Shown here: positions 28,261 through 41,296 of the stretch, one piece after another
Position numbering within the stretch: the first letter of the stretch is position 1
How the letters are laid out: each line of letters begins with the position of its first letter
DNA from: Octopus vulgaris
Taxonomy: Eukaryota
NCBI GenBank assembly: GCA_951406725.2
Contig: OX597814.1
Span: 24,304,001-24,368,000, forward strand
Direction of reading: 5' to 3'
DNA length: 64,000 nt
Notes under the pieces: model-generated
What the model was told of the DNA's origin: nothing
What the model saw: the letters and a program-made list of their open reading frames with translations, nothing else
Databases searched by the model: none
Position numbers and translations under genes: made by a program

Positions 28261-28422
28261 CAACATAGATGCAAGCATGGCTGGGTGTTTAAGAAATTCA
28301 CTTAACTACATAGTTCTCTTGTGCTGATCTTTGGGCAACAATTCTGTATCTTAACATCTTGGTTGACCAATACATTTTCTATGCTAATATTAGCTAAGCA
28401 GCTTGTGCCCTGCAACCAGAAA

Positions 28423-28482
<60 letters not shown>

Positions 28483-31400
28483 TTGTGTGTGTTTGTTGAT
28501 TCATTGACTGTACAGAAATATTATACTGAAATTCTTACGAAATTTCAGTTTTAGCTTAATATCGAATAAGTTGTTTATTGGCATATCAAATCAGTTTTCA
28601 ATTTGTGCTGTCTTTCTAGAAAGGAAGGAAAAAGAAATTCAATAAACATTAATAATACATAAGGAAACAATGGAATTTATCCTGTTTTTTTTTTTTCTTT
28701 TTTTCTTTGATTGTTCATAAGTAAAACATAAAGTTTGTCATTATAAGGAATGGCAATGATGCTTTCGTAAGCCACTATACACTTATCATTCCTAATTAGT
28801 TCAGCACATTAGCATGTTCATTGGTTTCTGATTTAATTTGTTCTATTTCTCATCCAAAAGCTTTCTGCCTCAAGCAAGGTACATTATTTTCCTTCACTCA
28901 ATTAATCCTGCTGAAAATATGTACAACAATAATTTGTTATTAGTATGACAGGAAATTTAGCTGTAGCTTGCTTCAAAATATGATGCAAATATCCAGATTT
29001 GCAGAACATTACCACAGGTTCAAGTCTTGAACAGTAAATGCAAAACATGGTTTTTAAAAAGTTAAATATAATCCCAATAAAGTGAGGATATTTATTCAGA
29101 GAAGTTTGTATATTTCTACTTCCCTTATATCCTTTCAGAAACCAAAGTATTGTTTTTCATGTCCTTCATAAAACCAATCTTATAGTTTTCTCTTGAATTC
29201 AAGGATTCAACAACAGAAAAATCAATTGTCTCAGTGGACATCCTATTGAAATGTCAGGAACTTCAGAACCAACAAACCTGATTATGGAAGAAATTTTAAT
29301 TGCTTTAAAGTTGCCTGTGAGCCATAAAAATCAAGCTAAATGTCCTGTGAGAATAAATTTTAGTTTGAAACTTTCAGATTGAGTAATGAAAATGGTGATA
29401 TAGAATAATGTAAAATTTGTCAATGTTACAATAATGCTATTGAGGATATGCCTTAGAGAAAGCTAACATATTCTGCAAAGAAACAAAGTTAAAATAGGAT
29501 TTGCAGCATCATTTCATAGAAATACAGATAAACAAATGTAAAATAAAAAAACATAAAAATAACATTTAAAATGTTGGAGACTGCCTTTACAGTAGCCAGA
29601 AGAAATTTTGATAAATTTAGCTCTTGTTGACATGAAAATTGAAACAACATACTGCAAGTGTTTTGTCAAGGAAATACAAAGATGCCACAAGTGACTTATG
29701 GTTAATTTAATAATTTTTATTCTGTTCAGTGAGTTGCCATGTGTGTAGAATGATCATTTGCATAATCGCCATGCTTGAACTAATGAAAATTCTTCCTTTA
29801 TAGAAGGAAGAAAGGAAACAGATCAATGTCTGGTTTGTTATGACAAGAAGTATAATGTATAACTCTTTTCTATTATACATTCTTTTACGCTTGTCTTTTT
29901 GTGTTTGGGCAAAACAGATATAAATACATGTTTCTACCTCTTTCACTACATAGCCATCTGTTTTATTTCTCTTGTATTTTCTTTCATTCTTTTACTTGTT
30001 TAGCTATCTGTAACACACGCTATATGTAAATAATACAGGCCATTGGCACAGCAATTCTGGAAGGTTTAAAACATAAAAAAAAAAAAAAAATTAATCATAG
30101 ATTTCTGACTGTAATTTTTTCCTTAGACTGAATTTTTAGATAGCTAGAACATTGAGTTTTGTACATAACAGATAGAAATATAATTTTCCAGTTGTCTAGA
30201 TTAGAGATTTGATTGAGTCAGGTTATACATCTCACATGCAATGCTTTCTTAACTTTCTGGCATAAAATATCTAATTTTAATTCTTTGAGATTTTACTGCA
30301 GTTAAAGAAATGCCTTTCCTAGGAATGGAGTAAAGGTAAATCATATGGCAAACACTATGACCAGTCAAAAGTGCTAATGAAATTATTAGCTAGTTTCTTT
30401 TATTATGATAACAATTTAGAATTATTACAAAATAGATTCATATATTACTGTGGACTAATGCAATGTAGGTTTAAGGGTCAATGTTTGCTTATTGTTGCAA
30501 TATACATGTAGTTATTACTGTCAACAAAGATGTTATACAAGTTTTTCTGTAAAAAAAATGTGTAAGCAATATAATTTCATCAGATCTAAATTTAATATTT
30601 CTGTTGCTTTCCTGTTAAAAAGAATGTTTATTGTGTTGTATGTAGTTTGATAGTCTGGGCAGGCAATTTATGGCTGCTTATTTCAGAATGCCTCTATGAC
30701 ATTTAACTGAAAAAATCGTTTTTTGTTGGTCATCATCAAAGAGTTATTAACATAGTTAGATGGCTTTTTTCAAAGCTGTTTGGCCACAGAAAAAAAACTT
30801 TCATGTGACATTTATTTTTCTGGTTCTAAAAAATGAGCTACGCTTTTCAATTAAAAACTAAACATTTCACATTACTAAAGTGTTATAGTCTTTTTTTCTT
30901 CTTTGTTTTGTGCATTAAACAATATAGTATTTACTTCATTTTGACCTCAATATTTCTATATATGAAGACATAAATGCAATGATTGTAGAATATGTAAATG
31001 AATATTTCTCATTAAATTTGTTGTTCAGTTTGGTTTTGTGAAGTTGTATAGACTGTAATTTGAAGGAACTGTAATATGAGGAAGGAAGTACAGTTAACAT
31101 ACCTCTCAGTGTCGACAGTCTACCTTGGTTAAATCTGAGATGCACTGTACCCCTCCAACCTATCTCTAGAACCTACTGCTAATTCCCTTCCTAGCTCACA
31201 CGTCTATGCATGTCTGTCCACTCCTACTGCCTGGGGACAAAAAGGCCTATGTTGGTCCTATTTCCACCCATGTCCTCACTCTTTCTCTTCCAATAGAGCC
31301 CCTCAACTATTGATGTCACTGACTCTTTTCCTCCATCCACCTCATTCCCACATAGATTGGGCAGTCTATTTGTGACCGTTGAACTCCATAAGGTATCACT

Positions 31401-32509
31401 TCTAACAAATAGGTTCTTTGTGTACCCATATTTTTCACTGAGTATTCAGTATTGAGCTTCAATATACTCTGTTTCAATTTTGTGCTTTCTGTTTGATAGA
31501 AACTAGTGAATTTTTGCATTATTGACTTTTAGTTCTTTAAAATAATTATTCAGCTTTCCAAGTATGAAATACTTTCTGCAGTTCCTCAATAGATTTTATA
31601 ATGAGAAAATATAGACATAAATAATTAATAATGAAATGCAGTGGACCCATTCTTGGTGTCATCCTATCTTTACATTAAATTCTCATATTTCTGCTAATCC
31701 TAATCTTATTTCTACCTTCTTTAGTCTATTGGCTAATTATTCTAAATTATTTAAATCATAATTAAAAACCAACAATAAGAACATGCTATCATAACAAAAA
31801 TTAGTTATAATCATGACAGCTGTAATAATAGTTAAGTAGTTACGTTTTTTATTATCTCTAAAAGTAGAATATGAATATGACATTACTTTCTTTTTATTTT
31901 AAATGTGAAATAACTCGTTCATAGATATATTAACATTCTGAATTATTCTTTAACTGATGAATACCACAACGATTGAAATCGTGTAATTGGGTGATGCTAG
32001 CTGATTCCATGCATTTATAGAGGCTTTGTAAATGTGTAAAGTCATATTCGATGCTAGAACAACTTTCCCTAAGTCAGTGTTTTGGAATTTTTATTATAGA
32101 GGGTTTACATTAATTACCAACTAGGTAGACAATGTGCTAACAGGAAGGCCTGGGAAAGCTCTCTCATATAAAACCCTACCAGTTTATGAATGAAGACATT
32201 GGGTAAAGTAGTCATCCTGACTAAAATACCTTTGATCACAGATCAGACCAATCAGAACTAACTGTATAATAGATAGAAAATCAAATATTGCAGAGAAGAT
32301 CCAAAGCTAAAGGCTAACAATTTTTCAGAACTTGTTATCTTGAATTCCCACTCGATCTTAATTTCACCATGAATAAACATAGAAAATTAAAATATTTGGA
32401 GGTGAAATTAAAATTGAGCGTGAAATCAAAAACATCGTGCCAATAAAGATGACATTCTGTGAGCCTGATCATTTAAACTGCTAGAAATAGCTACTAAATT
32501 TGCATCATA

Positions 32510-32895
32510 GGTGCAGGAGAGGCTGTGTGGTAAGTAGCTTGCTTACCAACCACATGGTTCCGGATTCAGTCCCACTTCGTGGCACCTTGGGCAAGTGTCT
32601 TCTACTATAGCCCTGGGCCGACCAAAGCCTTGTGAGTTGATTTGGTGGACGGAAACTGAAAGAAGCCCATCGTATATATGTATATATGTATGTGTGTGTG
32701 TGTCTGTGTTTCCCCCCCCCCAACATCGCTTGACAACCGATGGTGGTGTGTTTACGTCCCCATAACTTAGCAGTTCGGCTAAAGAGACTGATAGATTAAG
32801 TACTAGGGTTACAAAGAATAAGTCCTGGGGTTGATTTGCTCGACTAAAGGCGGTGCTCCAGCATGGCTGCAGTGAAATGACTGAAACAAGTAAAA
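32510..32895 (+). mobile_element. Major-family SINE
   Basis: Matches the 3765-4212 copy. Confidence 0.9.
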
Positions 32896-33169
32896 AAATT
32901 TTTTTTAAATATCCTACTCTGCTAACATTTAGAAGAAAAGAGCTCATCTGGATAATGTAATCTTGCATATTCTACATCTAATAAAAAATAATTAAAAAAA
33001 TAGAATGGTCCCAGCTGGTGTACCTTTGGTCATTGGTCTGATCCTCACAGCAACATATGAAAAATATTAAAATAAAGAAAAGCATCTGTAATAACCAATT
33101 GCAAATAACAAAAACTTGGTAATACATAAATGTTAAGGTAAACTGTATTAGTAACTTGAATAAATTATC

Positions 33170-33915
33170 AACAGTCTGGAAAAGCTTCCATTAAATTTGA
33201 AGCACGCTTTCTTTCAGGCAGTTGTGTAGACTGTTATATGGATGTACAACATAAACTCTAGGAAAGCATCATCATCATCATCATCGTTTCCATGCTATCA
33301 TAGGTTGGATGGTTCGACCGGGGTCTGGGAAGCCAGGAGGCTGCACCAGGCTCCAGTCTGATCTGGCAGTGTTTCTACAGCTGGATGCCCTTCTTAAAGC
33401 CAACCACTGAGTGAGTGTAGTGGGTGCTTTTTACGTGCCACCAGCACAGGTGCCAGGGGAGGCTGGCAGCAGCCACAATCAGTTGGTGCTTTTTACGTGC
33501 CACTGGCACGGAAGCTGGTCAAGGCAGAGCTGGCATTGGCCATGTTTGGATGGGGCTTTTTATGTGCCACCGGCAAAGGTCGGAACTTATACAAGAATAC
33601 TCTGAGCTGCTCTGGACACCTCCTGGAAACAACACCTTATGAAAGAACTTTTCTATGGTAATTTACTGCCAATATCATACGTCATCTGAGAAGGAAGAAC
33701 AAGATGTGCAGAACATAGCTGTAGGGAAAAAGATGAGGTCATCAGTGACATTCTTCTCTGGGAGCCAAAGTATGAGGATGCAAATGCAGGTGGACCACAT
33801 CGAACCTACATAAAGTGAACGTGTAGGGATTCCAAGTGAATCTGAGAAGACTTGCTATGTGTAGTGGTGAACTGAACAGACTGGAGAGAATGAGTCACAG
33901 TAATCCATGCAACAA
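33170..33915 (+). mobile_element. Decayed RTE-like LINE C-terminal fragment, interrupted at ~33268-33575
   Basis: Reads approximately AFFQAVV..YGCTT, then YTRIL.AALDTSWKQH..FYGNLLPIS..DEVISDILLWEPK..GGPHRTYIK. Confidence 0.7.
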
Positions 33916-35234
33916 ACATTACCTCAGTGATAGTCTCTTGCTTATATTTAATTACCTCAAATGAATATTCATCAACAATCTATATAAAGTTACCTGCATC
34001 AGAAGAGAGTAGTCAAAAAAAGTTAAGATTAACATTTTCTACACCAGAAATATAAGTTTGCAACATTAATGATTAAGAACCAACATAGGAAAGGATTTCT
34101 ACTTAGATGATAAATCCATTATAAAATCAGACAAATTTTTCTTACCATCTTACAAAAGAAGAACATGTCAGGCCATATAATCCAAGATTGACTATGCTTC
34201 AAACAATATTATAGAATAGCCATGACAGAAACACCTTTCATCATAAGCCTGGTAAATCAGACCTAGGGCTAATAGAACAGCAACGTAGATTTACTACTAC
34301 TACTACTACTACTACTACTACAAAAGAAAAGAAAAATTACATTTAACTTGCAGAAGTAAATGTTTACACTATCAATATTAGTGATGAAGATAAACAACAA
34401 ACTGAAGAATTTGTTACGTTTTCAATGTCTTCTTGAAGCAATGTAAATATCTTGACAGACTATATGCTACAGTTATCCGACAAAAATCTGCTTAAGCCTG
34501 TTCTTTTTTCTTCCCTTCTCTTTTTACATTGTTGATTCTGGATGATATTGAGTAATATATATATATGCACACTCACACACACACATACACACACACAGAG
34601 TTAGTTATTTCAAGATTGCTATAACCGACAATATGTAGGCAATTTTGCAATACTAATAAAACCACCAGAAAATAAATGCAGATATAAAGTTGATGAGCAT
34701 AAATTGTTATTCAAAAATTATATATACTTTAAAGCTATTTTACTAATATTGTGAAAATTGATTACTAAATTTTTTTTATTCAATTGATAATTTAATCATT
34801 TAATCAAAATTCTATATCTGTTTTAGATATATTGATTATTCAAGAAAAGAACTGGTCCAGTTTAAGTTTGTGGTTGAGGATTTTGTTATAAATATAGAAT
34901 GAGTATTGTTGTCTAATCAATATGTAATGCGTACATTTAAATATTAAATGTTGTTATTTTGTCTAGTGCCAAACTACTTAAACACCCCTCCTCCACACAA
35001 ATATATATATAGATAAATATTTCGTTTTTATATTTGTATTGCAAGATTCTTGATGTGAAATCGTATGTTGAAACAGATGTATCTTGGGAGAGATATTTTT
35101 CCAATAAACACAATAGTTTTATATCACTTCTATTCATAATTAATTATCAGCAAGTAAACCAGTTAACGAATCAATTGTTTGATTAATTGTTTGTATCAGT
35201 TAGTTTGTCAGAATCCTTTCATTCTTATCTGCGA

Positions 35235-37036
35235 CCTCACCAATGGGACACATCTGGCTACTTAAAGTCTGTTCTATTAGGGTATCAAACTGCTGGATCA
35301 GGTGATGAAGGTCATGTAGAGGGTCATAGCTCAACAAATTAGGGAGAGAATCTGCTTAGATGAGATGCAGTTCGGTTTTGTGCTAGGTAGAAGCACCACT
35401 GATACTATATTCCCGGTACGGCAACTATAGGAGAAATACCTAGCCAAAGATAAACCCCTATTCTTGGCTTTTGTGGACTTGGAGAAAGCCTTTGACAGGG
35501 TCCCCCAATCCCTTATCCTGTGTGCGATGCAGAAACTGGATTCACGAATGGTTAATAAGAGTTCTACAGGCCCTATAAAGAGATACCGTTAGTAAGGTTA
35601 GGGTTGGCAATGAGTATAGTGAAGAATTCCGGGTAGAAGTAAGGTTCCACTGGATCAACCCTCAGCCCCCTCTTATTCATCATAGTCCTCCAGGCAATAA
35701 CAGAGGAATTCAAGACAGGTTGCCCCTGGGAGCTCCTCTATGCTGATGACCTGGCACTCATAGCAGAATTACTGTTGGAACTAGAGGAAAAATATCAGGT
35801 ATGGAAGCAAGGTTTAGAATCGAAGGGCCTTAGAGTTGGTATTGCAAAGACCAAAGTTCTAGTAAGTAGAAAAGCGAACACATCACACACCTCTTCAGGT
35901 AGGTGGCCCTGCTGGATCTGTAGAAAAGGTGTAGCTAGAAACTCCATAAGATATACCCAGTGTAAACTATGGAGACATAAGATGTGCAGCAACATCAAAG
36001 GAAGATTAACCGGGAAGATAGCATTCATGTACGGCAATGCACAGGGGCAATAAACACCACAGATGCTCATAAAACAGATTCCATTGCATGCCAGGGGGAG
36101 AATCTAGAAGTAGTTGATAGCTTCTGTTACTTAGGTGACTAAGTCTGTAGTTGGGGTGGATGCTCAGAAAGTGTTACCACTAGAATAAGAACAGCCTGAG
36201 CAAAGTTCAGAAAGCTTCTACCCCTACTAGTGAGAAAGGGACTTGTGCTCAGAGTGAAAGGTAGATTGTACGATACATGTGTGCGAACTGCCATGCTTCA
36301 TGGCAGTGAAACATGGGCCATGACTGCTGAAGACATGCGTAGGCTTGAAAGAAATGAAGCTAGAACGATCTGCTAGATGTGTAATAGCAGTGTGCACACA
36401 TGACAGGGTGTAAGTGCCCTGAGAGAAATGTTAGACATATGAAGCATCAGATGTAGCATGCAAGAGAGATGTTTGCATTGGTAAGGTCATGTACTATGGA
36501 TGGATGAGGAGATCTGTATGAAGAAGTGCCACTCCCAAACAGTGGAAGGATTCCGGGTAGAGGGAGACATGGGATGAGGTGGTGAAGCATGACCTTCGAA
36601 CGTTGGGCCTCACAGAGACAATGAAAAAAGACCAAGACCTCTGGAGATATGCTGTGACTGAGAAGACCTGGCAAATAAAGTGAGTTCACAGCTGTAACCT
36701 ACTCCAGTGTCGCATAACCAGCCCATTCAAAAGTACCTTAGATCATCGGGCGTCATGCCGTGCTTGATGAGACCTATTGAGTCAAGTGTATCAAAATCAA
36801 AGTTAACATCAAAACCAAAATCAAATGAAAATTGTAGTTGTGATCCCAGTGTCGGTGGCATGTAAAAGCACCCACTACACATTTGGAGTGGTTGGTGTTA
36901 GGAAGGGCATCCAGCTATAGACACATTGCTAAATGAGACTGGAGACTGGTGCAGCCTCCTTGCTTCCCAGACCCCAGTCGAGTCGTCCAGTCCATGCCAG
37001 CATGGAAAACAAATGTTGAACGATGATGATGATGAT
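35235..37036 (+). pseudogene. 5'-truncated RTE-clade LINE, reverse transcriptase pseudogene plus 3'UTR
   Basis: QFGF, FLAFVDLEKAFDRV, LSPLLF, LLYADDL (35739-35750), KTKVL, YLG and C-terminal motifs. Multiple stops and frameshifts; (GAT)n tail. Confidence 0.93.
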
Positions 37037-37076
37037 ATATATATATATAATAACAATTTAATAAATAAAACATATG

Positions 37077-37107
<31 letters not shown>

Positions 37108-37144
37108 GTACATACCTACATCTATATGTATATATACATGCTTA

Positions 37145-37635
37145 TATGGGTACAGGACACCACAGAAAAACGTAGAACACGAGAAATGAAAACATAAAAA
37201 CAAAACATGGAAACGGACTTTTTTCAACAACGAAAAAACAGAGTACAAGATATACAACACAAGGAACATTCCCCTTCCTCAGCTGCCCCTGTTTCGACTT
37301 ATTGCATGTTTCGAAGGTAAGGGCAGGACACGACCCCGCCGAAACAGTCCTTCCTGCAAAGCAAACCAAACAAAATTTGGGATTTTTTTGCGGAGGGGTA
37401 AAAAAGTGACAAGAACAGGACAGTAAAAGACAGGAGAAGCCGTTGTTGACTTGTTGAAGGCAGTAGTCAGAAAGAAAGTTAGTAGCCCTCTGGTCAGCGA
37501 CGAGAGGGAGGAGGAGGAGTGAGAGAGAGAGAGAGAACGCCGAAAGGGAGAGGAGAAGAAACCAGAAAGGATGAAAAATAAGAGAGGGAGAGAGACAGGT
37601 AGAGAGGAAGACAGACAGGCAGGGAGGAAAGGTCA
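37145..37635 (-). mobile_element. Penelope-like terminal region
   Basis: Same layout as 437-1110 (ggtacaggac start, aaaatttgggattt block, purine-rich tract) and carries an HHR motif. Confidence 0.55.
37271..37332 (-). ncRNA. Non-circularly permuted hammerhead ribozyme, intact core
   Basis: Minus strand: CGTG-TC|CTGCCCTT-A-CCTTC-GAAA-CATG-caataagtcgaaac-AGGGGCAG-CTGAGGA-AGGGG. Stem I 8 bp, stem III 5 bp, stem II about 4 bp. Confidence 0.75.
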
Positions 37636-38093
37636 AGTAATTATTTTTTAAGATTTGGCTGTTGTTTCTAGCATGTGAAGAGACCTTCTAGGCTTAACTT
37701 CATGTGCTGGTTGAAAATCACCTAAAAAATAAATTCAGCTAAAAATTCCTCAATGTGGTGCCCCAGCATGGCTGCAGTCCAATGACTGAAACAAGTAAAA
37801 AGAATTTTAGAAAATAAAAAATATCGAAGAATAACCAGGGGGGTTATAAAAAATTTTCAAGAGATTTGGTTGTTATTTTTAGCATGTGGAGAAAGCATCT
37901 AGGCTTAACTTCATGCATTGGTTGAAAATCATAAAAAAAAAATTTGGGGGTTGATACATTCGACTATAAATTTCTCATGAAGGTGTCCCAGCATGGCCAC
38001 AGTCTAATGATTGCAACAAGTAATAAAAAAAAACGGAAATATAACCACAAATATAACTGTGGAACTTTTGTACAAGAGGGCTTTTGTCTGGGT

Positions 38094-38191
<98 letters not shown>

Positions 38192-38246
38192 TGTGTATGT
38201 GTGTGTGTGTGCGTGTGTGTATGTGTGTGTGTGTGTGTGTGTGTCG

Positions 38247-38486
38247 AGGTGCAATGGCCCAGTGGTTAGGGCAGCGGACTCGCGGTTCGATTTCCAGACC
38301 GGGCGTTGTGAGTGTTTATTGAGTGAAAACACCTATAGCTCCATGAGGCTTCGGCAGGGGGTGGTGGCAATCCCTGCTGGTGATCCCAGTGGGGTGGCGT
38401 CATTTCAAGGCTAAAACAATGTGAAGTGCATTGTGACCAGAGATGTGTAGCAAAATCTGATAGTCTGGTCGGTCACATGATCACGT
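38247..38486 (+). mobile_element. tRNA(Arg)-like SINE
   Basis: Head shared with the 4793 copy, but with a different 3' body. Confidence 0.75.
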
Positions 38487-38588
38487 GATATATATATATA
38501 TTTATATATTGTATACATACACATATATGTATACATATGTATATATGTATATACACACATATATATATATATATGTATATATGTATAT

Positions 38589-38619
<31 letters not shown>

Positions 38620-40328
38620 CTAGCATTATGACCCATCGTTGCCGGGTCATAGTGCTAGTGCATGTATATATATATGTGTACATATTACATGTACATCTAT
38701 ATATATACATCTATACATAAAATACAAAATACAAAGTTATATCTTGATATCGCTAGTGATAACAATACTCAAAATATATAACAGACTGGAATTGTAGGCT
38801 CGTCACTTGCAATTTCGATCAATTGTATCTTGTCCTGCCTCTTGTATAGAAGTGTGGCTACAATCCAGCCTACCTCTACTTCTGGGGGGACATTTTAAAT
38901 TTTTATCTGGGACGTCCTACATCCCAGATATAAAAGTAAAAATAAAATATTTCCTCTTTGCAAGGTTCGAGTCGAGTACTCCCTTGCACGCTCTGTTGAC
39001 TCGAACCTTGCTTCTATTGTAGCGAATTTACTGCCTCTAGTTAGATATCTTTCATAGTTGCACCAAGACACTTTTCGATGGTGCTTTCCTCCAGGTGTTC
39101 AAATCTTTTTTTTTTCTCTACATTGTTCACTTTATAGACAATAGTCTTTTCTTTAATTTAATTTTTTATTTCGTTTGGTGGTGTTATCCTAGATTCACCG
39201 TCTTTGTCGGTGATCAATCCGTATTTCTTCTATTTTAATTTCAATGAGTTCGCGCCCACCGACGGCTGCAGCGAAATTCATTTTTGGACTTTCTTCTATC
39301 GAAGGCATTCTAACAAAAATACTTCCGTGTAAACGGTGAAAATATTGTCAACTTCCCCAAACAGGGACACAATTCAATTTTTAAACAATAACCAAAGCTC
39401 CTTCTCCCAAGGGGGAGGGTTACAGTTTACAATTATTTAACAAATGCAGCACAACAATGTTTCCTTTACGAGGAACCAACAAACGTGATAACAATAGTTA
39501 AACAGCAATAATAATAACAACAAACCTTACGATGAATCAGAGAGCAATAAGCAGTTGAAGCTTTAGTCCTTTATGTATAAGAAATAAACCAATAGCAGTA
39601 CTCAGTAGAAGCGGCCGTTCGAGAAAACAGACATTACATACAGCCAAACTTCATAGAGATACTTAATGCTAGCTAATTAGCAGATAATCTAATGTAAAAG
39701 CACAGCTCCATCTGGACTATTCCATTTCTGCACGCTAATTTTATTTTTAATTTATTCCCATTCATGTGAAACCACTTATTCAAGTTCAAGTCATTGATGA
39801 AATTTTATACCAATTGCTATTATTAATTTTTTTATGTTACGATTATATTATACTTTTGTTTGATTTTAATTATTACTTACTAAATATAAGTCAATTGTTA
39901 TTATTATCTCTAATTTTTATTGTTAAAGTGAAGTATCTGATATAAAATAGAGAAATGTTTTTGTTTCACTTTTAACACGTAATACTGAAATAGTGGAGAA
40001 GATATGATATTGCTATGGGCTCGCTCTAGGCAAGAAGTTGAACATTTTTTCTGCCCATGAAACTACATGGACCCTAAGTAGGCATGTGTAAAATTTGAAT
40101 GAAATTGGTTGTGTAGTTCTCAAGTTTTAGGGAATCGTAGTGGAGAAGATATGATATCGCTGTGGGCTCGTCCTAGGCAAAAAGTTAAAGAAGTTTTTGC
40201 CGATGACACTCCCCGGACCCTAAGTAAGGCATGTGTAAAGTTTGAATGAAATTGGTTGTGTAGTTCTCAAGTTTTAGGGAAACACACAGACAGACAGACA
40301 CACATTCTCAGTTTTATATATAGAGAGA
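38620..40328 (-). mobile_element. Non-autonomous Helitron with cargo (~1.7 kb)
   Basis: Minus strand starts A|TC(TCTCTATATATAAAACTGAGAATGTGTGTCTGTCTG), ends with a hairpin and CTAG|T, and has an internal ~148-bp tandem duplication. Confidence 0.7.
38780..39281 (-). pseudogene. Decayed LINE ORF1-like coding fragment inside the Helitron
   Basis: MNFAAAVGG start, then RYLTRGSKFATIEARFESTERAREYS..YLGCRTSQIKI*NVPPEVEVGWIVATLL. The ORF1/RRM-like identity is inferred. Confidence 0.45.
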
Positions 40329-40624
40329 TATATATAAAAAGTAATGTAATAAAACATTACAGAGGATATGTTATAAATAATTAAGATTATTTATGAATAT
40401 ATCAATGGCCAAACATGTTATCATAAGATATGAAGAAAAAAACGTTTATAATTATGAACAAGTCACAATTATAACTAAGCGGGTTTCAAAACCCTTGCAT
40501 GTTAAAAATAGCTGCTGAAACCGCTATAAAGCCATTTTATCACTCATATTATTTCTTCTCATGATAAAAATTGTCTTCCGGTGACATGACAAATAGAATC
40601 CTCAACTTAAAAATAACTGCTTAA

Positions 40625-40686
40625 TTCCCTATTGCAATTTCAACTTTAAGGACCTCTTAAGGCACTCATTTGTCTCGTCAGAGGAA
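40625..40686 (-). ncRNA. Type I hammerhead ribozyme with palindromic stem III
   Basis: TTCCT-CTGACGA-GAC...GTT-GAAA-TTGCAA-TA|GGGAA. Confidence 0.7.
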
Positions 40687-40920
40687 ATATTCCAAAAGAC
40701 AGAAATCGAAACAAGACTTTACCTTGGAGCTAGCATGAATCCTGACAGGCAAGAGAAATGTTTCACCCTCTATCTACACATTAAAGTTTTGAATTCAAAT
40801 GCTATGCACAGCGTTTATGTGAAAAGACAGGTAAACTTATAATTATAAATGTTCTTATATTTATAAGAAACAAGTTTAAAAATAATGGTCATTACTTATA
40901 ATTCCTTCATTAGAGCAAGT

Positions 40921-41034
40921 TTGGTTTACATCTGTTTCCAGTAGTCATTATTGATAGGTTTACTCAATTGTTCTGTTGATCAATTGAGCAAATTGAACAG
41001 CCTAAGAAAATTAGTATTACTTTCGTCAGAGCCA
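40921..41034 (-). ncRNA. Type I hammerhead-like motif with an extended stem II
   Basis: TGGCT-CTGACGA-[84 nt: AAGTA...TTTGCTCAATTG..CAATTGAGTAAA...TACTG]-GAAA-CAGATG-TA|AACCA. Confidence 0.5.
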
Positions 41035-41296
41035 TTGCTGGAATAAAGAATTGTGATGAACCAAAACTTGGGTCCCTACCAAAAGATTACTTGCAGTTCT
41101 TCACTAATCTAACTAATATTATTAGCCTCGTATGCCAACAGAATGCTTACGAAGTATTTTGCCCAGATTGATAACCCCACACTATATATATAGTTGAAGT
41201 TAATCCAAACAAGAAAGCACAAAAAAACACAACAACGCGAGGACGTGGAACAAATATAGTATTATTGGACGCTCAGGGAAGAAGGAAAGAAGGAGG

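Noticed and set aside
29196-29382. About 60 open codons (IQGFNNRKINCLSGHPIEM...)
   Set aside because: No homology or splice support; frames of this length are expected by chance in 64 kb.
31948-31995. CTGATGA...GAAA pair on the + strand
   Set aside because: Stems I and III cannot be paired convincingly.
40651-40830. 180-nt AG...GT-bounded open frame (DLLRHSF...VYVKRQ) resembling a phase-0 exon
   Set aside because: No recognisable homology or partner exons, and it overlaps a well-formed minus-strand hammerhead that better explains the sequence.
40980-41171. Open frame with faint RNase H-like wording (ITFVRAIAGIKNCDEPKLG)
   Set aside because: The catalytic motif is not actually matched, and it overlaps an antisense HHR motif.
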